Positions 14,101 through 26,700 of a stretch of DNA of 64,000 nt are shown piece by piece. Position 1 is the first letter of the stretch; each line of letters begins with the position of its first letter. The DNA lies in the NCBI GenBank assembly GCA_964016885.1, contig OZ024743.1, forward strand, positions 25,482,001 to 25,546,000, written 5' to 3'. The notes below the pieces were generated by a model. The model saw only the letters and a program-made list of their open reading frames with translations. It was not told the DNA's origin and did not search any database. The position numbers and the translations under genes were made by a program. This stretch comes from Eledone cirrhosa. Lineage: Eukaryota.

Positions 14101-16850
14101 GGAGTTAGGCTCCTCTGTGTTGGGACCTGGTGTACTTGAGAGATAGGGAAGGCGAGAGAAATGGTGGCTTGACAGTGGGAGTTCGGCTCCTCTGTGTTTG
14201 GACCTGGTGTAGTTAAGAGATGGGGAGGGTGAGAGAGATGGAGGCTTGACAGTGGGAGTTCGGCTCCTCTGTGTTCGGACCTGGTGTACTTGAGAGATAG
14301 GGAAGGCGAGAGAGATGGTGGCTTGACAGTGGGAGTTCGGCTCCTCTGTGTTCTGACCTGGTGTACTTGAGAGATGGGGAGGGTGAGAGAGATGGAGGCT
14401 TGACAGTGGGAGTGCGGCTCCTCTGTGTTCGGACCTGGTGTAGTTAAGAGATGGGGAGGGTGAGAGAGATTGGGGCTCGACAGTGGGAGTTCGGCTCCTC
14501 TGTGTTCGGACCTGGTGTACTTGAGAGATGGGAAGGGCGAGAGAGATGGAGGCTTGACAGTGGGAGTGCGGCTCCTCTGTGTTCGGACCTGGCGTAGTTA
14601 AGAAATGGGGAGGGTGAGAGAGATTGGGGCTTGACAGTGGGAGTTTGGCTCCTCTGTGTTCGGACCTGGTGTACTTGACAGATGGGGAGGGTGAGAGAGA
14701 TTGGGGCTTGACAGTGGGAGTTTGGTTCCTCTGTGTTCGGACCTGGTGTACTTGAGAGATGGGGAGGGAGAGAGAGATGGAGGCTTGACAGTGGGAGTTC
14801 GGCTCCTCTGAGTTCGGACCTGGTGTACTTGAGAGATGGGGAGGGTGAGAGAGATGGAGGTTTGACAGTGAGAGTTCGGCTTCTCTGTGTTTGGACCTGC
14901 GGTACTTGAGAGATGGGGAGGGTGAGAGAGATGGAGGCTTGACAGTGGGAGTTCGGCTCCTCTCTGTTCGGACCTTGTGTAGTTAAGAGATGGGGAGGGT
15001 GAGAGAGATGGAGGCTTGACAGTGGGATTTCGGCTGCTCTGTGTTCGGACCTGGTGTAGTTAATAGATGGGTAGGGGGGGGGGGGGAGATGGAGGCTTGA
15101 CAGTGGGAGTTCGGCCCCTCTGTGTTCGGACCTGGTGTAGTTAAGAGATAGGGAGGGTGAGAGAAATGGAGCCTTGACAGTGGGAGTTCGGCCCCTCTGT
15201 GTTCGGACCTGGTGTAGTTAAGAGATAGGGAGGGTGAGAGATATGGAGGCTTCACAGTGGGAGTGCGGCTCCTCTGTGTTCGGACCTGGTGTACTTGAGA
15301 GATGGGGAGGGTGAGAGATATGTAGGCTTCACAGTGGGAGTGCGGCTCCTCTGTGTTTGGACCTGGTGTACTTGAGAGATGGGGAGGGTGAGAGAGATGG
15401 AGGCTTGACAGTGGGAGTTCTGGTTCCTCTGTCTTCGGACCTGGTGTACTTGAGAGATGGGGAGGGTGAGAGAGATGGAGGCTTGACAGTGGGAGTTCGG
15501 CTCCTCTATGTTCGGACCTGGTGTAGTTAATAGATGGGTAGGGGGGGGGTGAGAGAGATGGAGGCTTGACAGTGGGAGTTAGGCTCCTCTGTGTTCGGAC
15601 CTGGTGTAGTTAATAGATGGGTGGGGGGGGGAGGGTGAGAGAGATGGAGGCTTGACAGTGGGAGTTAGGCTCCTCTGTGTTCGGACCTGGTGTAGTTGAG
15701 AGATAGGGAGGGTGAGAGATTTGGAGACTTGACAGTGGGAGTTCGGCTCCTCTGTGTTCGGACATGGTGTAGTTAAGAGATGGGGAGAGTGAGAGAGATG
15801 GAGGCTTGACAGCGGGAGTCTGGCTCCTCTGTGTTCGGACCTGGTGTAGTTGAGAGATAGGGAGGGTGAGAGAGTTGGAGACTTGACAGTGGGAGTTCGG
15901 CTCCTCTGTGTTCGGACCTGGTGTAGTTAAGAGATGGGGAGGGTGAGAGAGACGGAGCCTTGACAGTGGGAGTTCGGCTCCTCTGTGTTCGGACCTGGTG
16001 TACTTGAGAGATAGGGAAGGCGAGAGAGATGGTGGCTTGACAGTGGGAGTGCGGCTCCTCTGTGTTTGGACCAGGTGTAGTTAAGAGATGGTGAGGGTGA
16101 GAGAGATGGAGGCTTGACAGTGGGAGTTAGGCTCCTCTGTGTTGGGACCTGGTGTACTTGAGAGATAGGGAAGGCGAGAGAAATGGTGGCTTGACAGTGG
16201 GAGTTCGGCTCCTCTGTGTTTGGACCTGGTGTAGTTAAGAGATGGGGAGGGTGAGAGAGATGGAGGCTTGACAGTGGGAGTTCGGCTCCTCTGTGTTCGG
16301 ACCTGGTGTAGTTAAGCGATGGGGAGGGTGAGAGAGATTGGGGCTTGACAGTGGGAGTTCGGCTCCTCTGTGTTCGGACCTGGTGTACTTGAGAGATGGG
16401 AAGGGCGAGAGAGATGGAGGCTTGACAGTGGGAGTGCGGCTCCTCTGTGTTCGGACCTGGCGTAGTTACGAGATGGGGAGGGTGAGAGAGATTGGGGCAT
16501 GACAGAGGGAGTTTGGCTCCTCTGTGTTCGGACCTGGTGTACTTGAGAGGTGGGGAGGGTGAGAGAGATTGGGGCTTGACAGTGGGAGTTTGGCTCCTCT
16601 GTGTTCGGACCTGGTGTACTTGAGAGATGGGGAGGGTGAGAGAGATGGAGGCTTGACAGTGAGAGTTCGGCTTCTCTGTGTTTGGACCTGCGGTACTTGA
16701 GAGATGGGGAGGGTGAGAGAGATGGAGGCTTGACAGTGGGAGTTCGGCTCCTCTCTGTTCGGACCTTGTGTAGTTAAGAGATGGGGAGGGTGAGAGAGAT
16801 GGAGGCTTGACAGTGGGATTTCGGCTGCTCTGTGTTCGGACCTGGTGTAG
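2200..16850. repeat. ~7.5-kb tandem block duplication inside the satellite (~2200-9750 repeated at ~9750-16850)
   Basis: The same rare variants recur in the same order: GGAGGCTGAG/GACTGTGG (2260 vs 9790), GATGTGGAGG (3891 vs 11347), GACTTGTCAG (4921 vs 12462). Identical ORFs sit at offset 7469 (6205/13674, 7514/14983). Offsets shift by roughly whole monomers. Confidence 0.85.
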
Positions 16851-19800
16851 TTAATAGATAGGGAGGGTGAGAGAAATGGAGCCTTGACAGTGGGAGTTCG
16901 GCCCCTCTGTGTTCGGACCTGGTGTAGTTAAGAGATAGAGAGGGTGAGAAAGATGGAGGCTTGACAGTGGGTGTTCGGCTACTCTGTGTTCGGACATGGT
17001 GTACTTGAGAGATGGGGAGGGTGAGAGATATGTAGGCTTCACAGTGGGAGTGCGGTTCCTCTGTGTTCGGACCTGGTGTACTTGAGAGATGCGGAGGGTG
17101 AGAGATATGGAGGTTTGACAGTGGGAGTTCGGCTCCTCTGAGTTCGGACCTGGTGTACTTGAGAGATGGGGACTGTGAGAGAGATGGAGGCTTGACAGTG
17201 GGAGTTCGGCTCCTCTGTGTTCGGACCTGGCAGAATTAAGAGATGGAGAGGGTGAGAGAGATGGAGGCTTGACAGTGGAAATTCGGCTGCTCTGTGTTCG
17301 GACCTGGTGTAGTTGAGTGATGGGGAGCGTGAGAGAGATAGAGGCATGAGAGTGAGAGTTCGGCTCCTCTGTGTTCGGACCTGGTGTAGTTAAGAGATGG
17401 GGAGGGTGAGAGAGATGGAGGTTTGACAGTGGCAGTTCGGCTCCTCTGTGTTCGGACCTGGTGTAGTTAAGAGATGGGGAGGGTGAGAGAGATGGTGGCT
17501 TGACAGTGGGAGTTCGGCTCCTCTGTGTTCGGACCTGGTGTAGTTAAGAGATGGGGAGGGTGAGAGAGATGGTGGCTTGACAGTGGGAGTGCGGCTCCTC
17601 TGTGTTCGGACCTGGTGTAGTTAAGAGATGGGGAGGGTGAGAGAGATTGGGGCTCGACAGTGGGAGTTCGGCTCCTCTGTGTTCGGACCTGGTGTACTTG
17701 AGAGATGGGAAGGGCGAGAGAGATGGAGGCTTGACAGTGGGAGTGCGGCTCCTCTGTGTTCGGACCTGGCGTAGTTAAGAAATGGGGAGGGTGAGAGAGA
17801 TTGGGGCTTGACAGTGGGAGTTTGGCTCCTCTGTGTTCGGACCTGGTGTACTTGACAGATGGGGAGGGTGAGAGAGATTGGGGCTTGACAGTGGGAGTTT
17901 GGTTCCTCTGTGTTCGGACCTGGTGTACTTGAGAGATGGGGAGGGAGAGAGAGATGGAGGCTTGACAGTGGGAGTTCGGCTCCTCTGAGTTCGGACCTGG
18001 TGTACTTGAGAGATGGGGAGGGTGAGAGAGATGGAGGTTTGACAGTGAGAGTTCGGCTTCTCTGTGTTTGGACCTGCGGTACTTGAGAGATGGGGAGGGT
18101 GAGAGAGATGGAGGCTTGACAGTGGGAGTTCGGCTCCTCTCTGTTCGGACCTTGTGTAGTTAAGAGATGGGGAGGGTGAGAGAGATGGAGGCTTGACAGT
18201 GGGATTTCGGCTGCTCTGTGTTCGGACCTGGTGTAGTTAATAGATGGGTAGGGGGGGGGGGGAGATGGAGGCTTGACAGTGGGAGTTCGGCCCCTCTGTG
18301 TTCGGACCTGGTGTAGTTAAGAGATAGGGAGGGTGAGAGAAATGGAGCCTTGACAGTGGGAGTTCGGCCCCTCTGTGTTCGGACCTGGTGTAGTTAAGAG
18401 ATAGGGAGGGTGAGAGATATGGAGGCTTCACAGTGGGAGTGCGGCTCCTCTGTGTTCGGACCTGGTGTACTTGAGAGATGGGGAGGGTGAGAGATATGTA
18501 GGCTTCACAGTGGGAGTGCGGCTCCTCTGTGTTTGGACCTGGTGTACTTGAGAGATGGGGAGGGTGAGAGAGATGGAGGCTTGACAGTGGGAGTTCTGGT
18601 TCCTCTGTCTTCGGACCTGGTGTACTTGAGAGATGGGGAGGGTGAGAGAGATGGAGGCTTGACAGTGGGAGTTCGGCTCCTCTATGTTCGGACCTGGTGT
18701 AGTTAATAGATGGGTAGGGGGGGGGTGAGAGAGATGGAGGCTTGACAGTGGGAGTTAGGCTCCTCTGTGTTCGGACCTGGTGTAGTTAATAGATGGGTGG
18801 GGGGGGGAGGGTGAGAGAGATGGAGGCTTGACAGTGGGAGTTAGGCTCCTCTGTGTTCGGACCTGGTGTAGTTGAGAGATAGGGAGGGTGAGAGATTTGG
18901 AGACTTGACAGTGGGAGTTCGGCTCCTCTGTGTTCGGACATGGTGTAGTTAAGAGATGGGGAGAGTGAGAGAGATGGAGGCTTGACAGCGGGAGTCTGGC
19001 TCCTCTGTGTTCGGACCTGGTGTAGTTGAGAGATAGGGAGGGTGAGAGAGTTGGAGACTTGACAGTGGGAGTTCGGCTCCTCTGTGTTCGGACCTGGTGT
19101 AGTTAAGAGATGGGGAGGGTGAGAGAGACGGAGCCTTGACAGTGGGAGTTCGGCTCCTCTGTGTTCGGACCTGGTGTACTTGAGAGATAGGGAAGGCGAG
19201 AGAGATGGTGGCTTGACAGTGGGAGTGCGGCTCCTCTGTGTTTGGACCAGGTGTAGTTAAGAGATGGTGAGGGTGAGAGAGATGGAGGCTTGACAGTGGG
19301 AGTTAGGCTCCTCTGTGTTGGGACCTGGTGTACTTGAGAGATAGGGAAGGCGAGAGAAATGGTGGCTTGACAGTGGGAGTTCGGCTCCTCTGTGTTTGGA
19401 CCTGGTGTAGTTAAGAGATGGGGAGGGTGAGAGAGATGGAGGCTTGACAGTGGGAGTTCGGCTCCTCTGTGTTCGGACCTGGTGTAGTTAAGCGATGGGG
19501 AGGGTGAGAGAGATTGGGGCTTGACAGTGGGAGTTCGGCTCCTCTGTGTTCGGACCTGGTGTACTTGAGAGATGGGAAGGGCGAGAGAGATGGAGGCTTG
19601 ACAGTGGGAGTGCGGCTCCTCTGTGTTCGGACCTGGCGTAGTTACGAGATGGGGAGGGTGAGAGAGATTGGGGCATGACAGAGGGAGTTTGGCTCCTCTG
19701 TGTTCGGACCTGGTGTACTTGAGAGGTGGGGAGGGTGAGAGAGATTGGGGCTTGACAGTGGGAGTTTGGCTCCTCTGTGTTCGGACCTGGTGTACTTGAG

Positions 19801-20766
19801 AGATGGGGAGGGTGAGAGAGATGGAGGCTTGACAGTGAGAGTTCGGCTTCTCTGTGTTTGGACCTGCGGTACTTGAGAGATGGGGAGGGTGAGAGAGATG
19901 GAGGCTTGACAGTGGGAGTTCGGCTCCTCTCTGTTCGGACCTTGTGTAGTTAAGAGATGGGGAGGGTGAGAGAGATGGAGGCTTGACAGTGGGATTTCGG
20001 CTGCTCTGTGTTCGGACCTGGTGTAGTTAATAGATAGGGAGGGTGAGAGAAATGGAGCCTTGACAGTGGGAGTTCGGCCCCTCTGTGTTCGGACCTGGTG
20101 TAGTTAAGAGATAGAGAGGGTGAGAAAGATGGAGGCTTGACAGTGGGTGTTCGGCTACTCTGTGTTCGGACATGGTGTACTTGAGAGATGGGGAGGGTGA
20201 GAGATATGTAGGCTTCACAGTGGGAGTGCGGTTCCTCTGTGTTCGGACCTGGTGTACTTGAGAGATGCGGAGGGTGAGAGATATGGAGGTTTGACAGTGG
20301 GAGTTCGGCTCCTCTGAGTTCGGACCTGGTGTACTTGAGAGATGGGGACTGTGAGAGAGATGGAGGCTTGACAGTGGGAGTTCGGCTCCTCTGTGTTCGG
20401 ACCTGGCAGAATTAAGAGATGGAGAGGGTGAGAGAGATGGAGGCTTGACAGTGGAAATTCGGCTGCTCTGTGTTCGGACCTGGTGTAGTTGAGTGATGGG
20501 GAGCGTGAGAGAGATAGAGGCATGAGAGTGAGAGTTCGGCTCCTCTGTGTTCGGACCTGGTGTAGTTAAGAGATGGGGAGGGTGAGAGAGATGGAGGTTT
20601 GACAGTGGCAGTTCGGCTCCTCTGTGTTCGGACCTGGTGTAGTTAAGAGATGGGGAGGGTGAGAGAGATGGTGGCTTGACAGTGGGAGTTCGGCTCCTCT
20701 GTGTTCGGACCTGGTGTAGTTAAGAGATGGGGAGGGTGAGAGAGATGGTGGCTTGACAGTGGGAGT
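14400..20766. repeat. ~3.18-kb (41-monomer) near-perfect tandem duplication
   Basis: Identical ORFs at a constant 3176 offset (16312/19488, 16851/20027, 17039/20215). Shared private variants AAGCGATGG, GTTACGAGA and GCATGACAGAGG. Confidence 0.92.
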
Positions 20767-23700
20767 TCGGCTCCTCTGTGTTCGGACCTGGTGTACTTGA
20801 GAGATGGGGAGGGTGAGAGAGATGGAGGCTTGACAGTGGGAGTTCGGCTCCTCTGAGTTCGGACCTGGTGTACTTGAGAGATGGGGACTGTGAGAGAGAT
20901 GGAGGTTTGAAAGTGGGAGGTCGTTTCCTCTGTGTTCGAACCTGGTGTAGTTAAGAGATGGGGAGGGTGAGAGAGATGGAGACTTGACAGTGGGAATTCG
21001 GCTCCTCTGTGTTCGGACCTGGTGTAGTTAAGAGATGGGGAGGGTGAGAGAGATGGAGGTTTGACAGTGGCAGTTCGGCTCCTCTGTGTTCGGACCTGGT
21101 GTAGTTAAGAGATGGGGAGGGTGAGAGAGACGGAGCCTTGACAGTGGGAGTTCGGCTCCTCTGTGTTCGGACCTGGTGTACTTGAGAGATAGGGAAGGCG
21201 AGAGAGATGGTGGCTTGACAGTGGGAGTTCGGCTCCTCTGTTTTTGGATCTGGTGTAGTTAAGAGATGGGGAGGGTGAGAGAGATGGAGGCTTGACAGTG
21301 GGAGTGCAGCTCCTCTGTGTTCGGACCTGGTGTAGTTAAGAGATGGGGAGGGTGAGAGAGATTGGGGCTTGACAGTGGGAGTTCGGCTCCTCTGTGTTGG
21401 GACCTGGTGTACTTGAGAGATGGGAAGGGCGAGAGAGATGGAGGCTTGACAGTGGGAGTGCGGCTCCTCTGTGTTCGGACCTGGCGTAGTTAAGAGATGG
21501 GGAGGGTGAGAGAGATTGGGGCTTGACAGTGGGAGTTTGGCTCCTCTGTGTTCGGACCTGGTGTACTTGAGAGATGGGGAGGGTGAGACAGATTGGGGCC
21601 TGACAGTGGGAGTTTGGCTCCTCTGTGTTCGGACCTGGTGTACTTGAGAGATGGGGAGGGTGAGAGAGATTGGGGCTTGACAGTGGGAGTTGGCTCCTCT
21701 GTGTTCGGACCTGGTGTACTTGAGAGATGGGGAGGGTGAGAGAGATGGAGACTTGACAGTGGGAGTTCTGGTTCCTCTGTGTTCGGAACTGGTGTACTTG
21801 AGAGATGGGGAGGGTGAGAGAGATGGAGGCTTGACAGTGGAAATTCGGCTGCTCTGTGTTCGGACCTGGTGTACTTGAGAGGGGGAGGGTGAGAGAGATG
21901 GAGGCTTGACAGTGAGAGTTCGGCTTCTCTGTGTTTGGACCTGCGGTACTTGAGAGATGGGGAGGGTGAGAGAGATGGAGGCTTGACAGTGGGAGTTCGG
22001 TTCCTCTCTGTTCGGACCTTGTGTAGTTAAGAGATGGGGAGGGTGAGAGAGATGGAGGCTTGACAGTGGGATTTCGGCTCCTCTGTTTTCGGACCTGGTG
22101 TAGTTAATAGATGGGTAGGGGGGGGGGGGTGAGAGAGATGGAGGCTTGACAGTGGGAGTTCGGCTCCTCTCTGTTCGGACCTGGTGTAGTTAAGAGATGG
22201 GGAGGGTGAGAGAAATGGAGCCTTGACAGTGGGAGTTCGGCTCCTCTGTGTTCGGACCTGGTGTAGTTAAGAGATAGGGAGGGTGAGAGAGATGGAGGCT
22301 TGACAGTGGGTGTTCGGCTCCTCTGAGTTCGGACCTGGTGTACTTGAGAGATGGGGAGGGTGAGAGAGATGGAGGTTTGACAGTGAGAGTTCGGCTTCTC
22401 TGTGTTTGGACCTGCGGTACTTGAGAGATGGGGAGGGTGAGAGAGATGGAGGCTTGACAGTAGGATTTCGGCTGCTCTGTGTTCGGACCTGGTGTAGTTA
22501 ATAGATGGGTAGGGGGGGGGTGAGAGAGATGGAGGCTTGACAGTGGGAGTTCGGCCCCTCTGTGTTCGGAACTGGTGTAGTTAAGAGATAGGGAGGGTGA
22601 GAGAAATGGAGCCTTGACAGTGGGAGTTCGGCCCCTCTGTGTTCGGACCTGGTGTAGTTAAGAGATAGGGAGGGTGAGAGAGATGGAGGCTTGACAGTGG
22701 GTGTTAGGCTACTCTGTGTTCGGACATGGTGTACTTGAGAGATGGGGAGGGTGAGAGATATGTAGGCTTCACAGTGGGAGTGCGGCTCCTCTGTGTTCGG
22801 ACCTGGTGTACTTGAGAGATGGGGAGGGTGAGAGATATGTAGGCTTCACAGTGGGAGTGCGGCTCCTCTGTGTTTGGACCTGGTGTACTTGAGAGATGGG
22901 GAGGGTGAGAGAGATGGAGGCTTGACAGTGGGAGTTCTGGTTCCTCTGTGTTCGGACCTGGTGTACTTGAGAGATGGGGAGGGTGAGAGAGATGGAGGCT
23001 TGACAGTGGGAGTTCGGCTCCTCTGTGTTCGGACCTGGTGTAGTTAAGAGATGGGGAGGGTGAGAGAGATGGAGACTTGACAGTGGGAGTTCGGCTCCTC
23101 TGAGTTCGGACCTGGTGTACTTGAGAGATGGGGACTGTGAGAGAGATGGAGGCTTGGCAGTGGGAGTTCGGCTCCTCTGAGTTCGGACCTGGTGTACTTG
23201 AGAGATGGGGACTGTGAGAGAGATGGAGGCTTGACAGTGGGAGTTCTGGTTCCTCTGTGTTCGGACCTGGTGTACTTGAGAGATGGGGAGGGTGAGAGAG
23301 ATGGAGGCTTGACAGTGGGAGTTCGGCTCCTCTCTGTTCGGACCTTGTGTAGTTAAGAGATGGGGAGGGTGAGAGAGATGGAGGCTTGACAGTGGGATTT
23401 CGGCTCCTCTCTGTTCGGAACTTGTGTAGTTAAGAGATGGGGAGGGTGAGAGAGATGGAGGCTTGACAGTGGGATTTCGGCTCCTCTGTGTTCGGACCTG
23501 GTGTAGTTAATAGATGGGTAGGCGGGGGTGAGAGGGATGGAGGCTTGACGGTGGGAGTTCGGCTCCTCTCTGTTCGGACCTGGTGTAGTTAAGAGATGGG
23601 GAGGGTGAGAGAAATGGAGCCTTGACAGTGGGAGTTCGGCTCCTCTGTGTTCGGACCTGGTGTAGTTAAGAGATAGGGAGGGTGAGAGAGATGGAGGCTT

Positions 23701-26700
23701 GACAGTGGGTGTTCGGCTCCTCTGAGTTCGGACCTGGTGTACTTGAGAGATGGGGAGGGTGAGAGAGATGGAGGTTTGACAGTGAGAGTTCGGCTTCTCT
23801 GTGTTTGGACCTGCGGTACTTGAGAGATGGGGAGGGTGAGAGAGATGGAGGCTTGACAGTGGGAGTTCGGCTCCTCTGTGTTCGGACCTGGTGTAGTTAA
23901 GAGATGGGGAGGGTGAGAGAGATGGAGGTTTGACAGTGGGAGTTCGTTTCCTCTGTGTTCAAACCTGGTGTAGTTAAGAGATGGGGAGGGTGAGAGAGAT
24001 GGAGACTTGACAGTGGGAATTCGGCTCCTCTGTGTTCGGACCTGGTGTAGTTGAGAGATGGGGAGGGTGAGAGAGATGGAGGTTTGACAGTGGGAGTTCG
24101 GCTCCTCTGTGTTCGGACCTGGTGTACTTGAGAGATGGGGACTGTGAGAGAGATGGAGGCTTGACAGTGGGAGTTCGGCTCCTCTGTGTTCGGACCTGGC
24201 AGAATTAAGAGATGGAGAGGGTGAGAGAGATGGAGGCTTGACAGTGGAAATTCGGCTGCTCTGTGTTCGGACCTGGTGTAGTTGAGTGATGGGGAGCGTG
24301 AGAGAGATACAGGCATGAGAGTGGGAGTTCGGCTCCTCTGTGTTCGGACCTGGTGTAGTTAAGAGATGGGGAGGGTGAGAGAGATGGAGGTTTGACAGTG
24401 GCAGTTCGGCTCCTCTGTGTTCGGACCTGGTGTAGTTAAGAGATGGGGAGGGTGAGAGAGATGGTGGCTTGACAGTGGGAGTTCGGCTCCTCTGTGTTCG
24501 GACCTGGTGTAGTTAAGAGATGGGGAGGGTGAGAGAGACGGAGCCTTGACAGTGGGAGTTCGGCTCCTCTGTGTTCGGACCTGGTGTACTTGAGAGATGG
24601 GGAGGGTGAGAGAGATGGAGGCTTGACAGTGGGAGTTCGGCTCCTCTGAGTTCGGACCTGGTGTACTTGAGAGATGGGGACTGTGAGAGAGATGGAGGTT
24701 TGAAAGTGGGAGGTCGTTTCCTCTGTGTTCGGACCTGGTGTACTTGAGAGATGGGGAGGGTGAGAGAGACGGAGCCTTGACAGTGGGAGTTCGGCTCCTC
24801 TGTGTTCGGACCTGGTGTACTTGAGAGATGGGGAGGGTGAGAGAGACGGAGCCTTGACAGTGGGAGTTCGGCTCCTCTGTGTTCGGACCTGGTGTACTTG
24901 AGAGATAGGGAAGGCGAGAGAGATGGTGGCTTGACAGTGGGAGTTCGGCTCCTCTGTTTTTGGATCTGGTGTAGTTAAGAGATGGGGAGGGTGAGAGAGA
25001 TGGAGGCTTGGCAGTGGGAGTTCGGCTCCTCTGTGTTCGGACCTGGTGTACTTGAGAGATAGGGAAGGCGAGAGAGATGGTGGCTTGACAGTGGGAGTTC
25101 GGCTCCTCTGTTTTTGGACCTGGTGTAGTTAAGAGATGGTGAGGGTGAGAGAGATGGAGGCTTGACAGTGGGAGTTAGGCTCCTCAGTGTTGGGACCTGG
25201 TGTACTTGAGAGATAAGGAAGGCGAGAGAGATGGTGGCTTGACAGTGGGAGTTCGGCTCCCCTGTCTTCTGACCTGGTGTACTTGAGAGATGGGGAGGGT
25301 GAGAGAGATGGAGGCTTGACAGTGGGAGTGCGGCTCCTCTGTGTTCGGACCTGGTGTAGTTAAGAGATGGGGAGGGTGAGAGAGATTGGGGCTTGACAGT
25401 GGGAGTTCGGCTCCTCTGTGTTGGGACCTGGTGTACTTGAGAGATGGGAAGGGCGAGAGAGATGGAGGCTTGACAGTGGGAGTGCGGCTCCTCTGTGTTC
25501 GGACCTGGCGTAGTTAAGAGATGGGGAGGGTGAGAGAGATTGGGGCTTGACAGTGGGAGTTTGGCTCCTCTGTTTTTCGGACCTGGTGTACTTGAGAGAT
25601 GGGGAGGGTGAGAGAGATTGGGGCCTGACAGTGGGAGTTTGGCTCCTCTGTGTTCGGACCTGGTGTACTTGAGAGATGGGGAGGGTGAGAGAGATTGGGG
25701 CTTGACAGTGGGAGTTGGCTCCTCTGTGTTCGGACCTGGTGTACTTGAGAGATGGGGAGGGTGAGAGAGATGGAGACTTGACAGTGGGAGTTCTGGTTCC
25801 TCTGTGTTCGGAACTGGTGTACTTGAGAGATGGGGAGGGTGAGAGAGATGGAGGCTTGACAGTGGAAATTCGGCTGCTCTGTGTTCTGACCTGGTGTACT
25901 TGAGAGATGGGGAGGGTGAGAGAGATGGAGGCTTGACAGTGGGAGTTCGGCTCCTCTGTGTTCGGACCTGGTGTAGTTAAGAGATGGGGAGGGTGAGAGA
26001 GATGGAGGCTTGACAGTGAGAGTTCGGCTTCTCTGTGTTTGGACCTGCGGTACTTGAGAGATGGGGAGGGTGAGAGAGATGGAGGCTTGACAGTGGGAGT
26101 TCGGTTCCTCTCTGTTCGGACCTTGTGTAGTTAAGAGATGGGGAGGGTGAGAGAGATGGAGGCTTGACAGTGGGATTTCGGCTCCTCTGTTTTCGGACCT
26201 GGTGTAGTTAATAGATGGGTAGGGGGGGGGGGGGTGAGAGAGATGGAGGCTTGACAGTGGGAGTTCGGCTCCTCTCTGTTCGGACCTGGTGTAGTTAAGA
26301 GATGGGGAGGGTGAGAGAGATGGAGGCTTGACAGTGAGAGTTCGGCTTCTCTGTGTTTGGACCTGCGGTACTTGAGAGATGGGGAGGGTGAGAGAAATGG
26401 AGCCTTGACAGTGGGAGTTCGGCTCCTCTGTGTTCGGACCTGGTGTAGTTAAGAGATAGGGAGGGTGAGAGAGATGGAGGCTTGACAGTGGGTGTTCGGC
26501 TCCTCTGAGTTCGGACCTGGTGTACTTGAGAGATGGGGAGGGTGAGAGAGATGGAGGTTTGACAGTGAGAGTTCGGCTTCTCTGTGTTTGGACCTGCGGT
26601 ACTTGAGAGATGGGGAGGGTGAGAGAGATGGAGGCTTGACAGTGGGATTTCGGCTGCTCTGTGTTCGGACCTGGTGTAGTTAATAGATGGGTAGGGGGGG

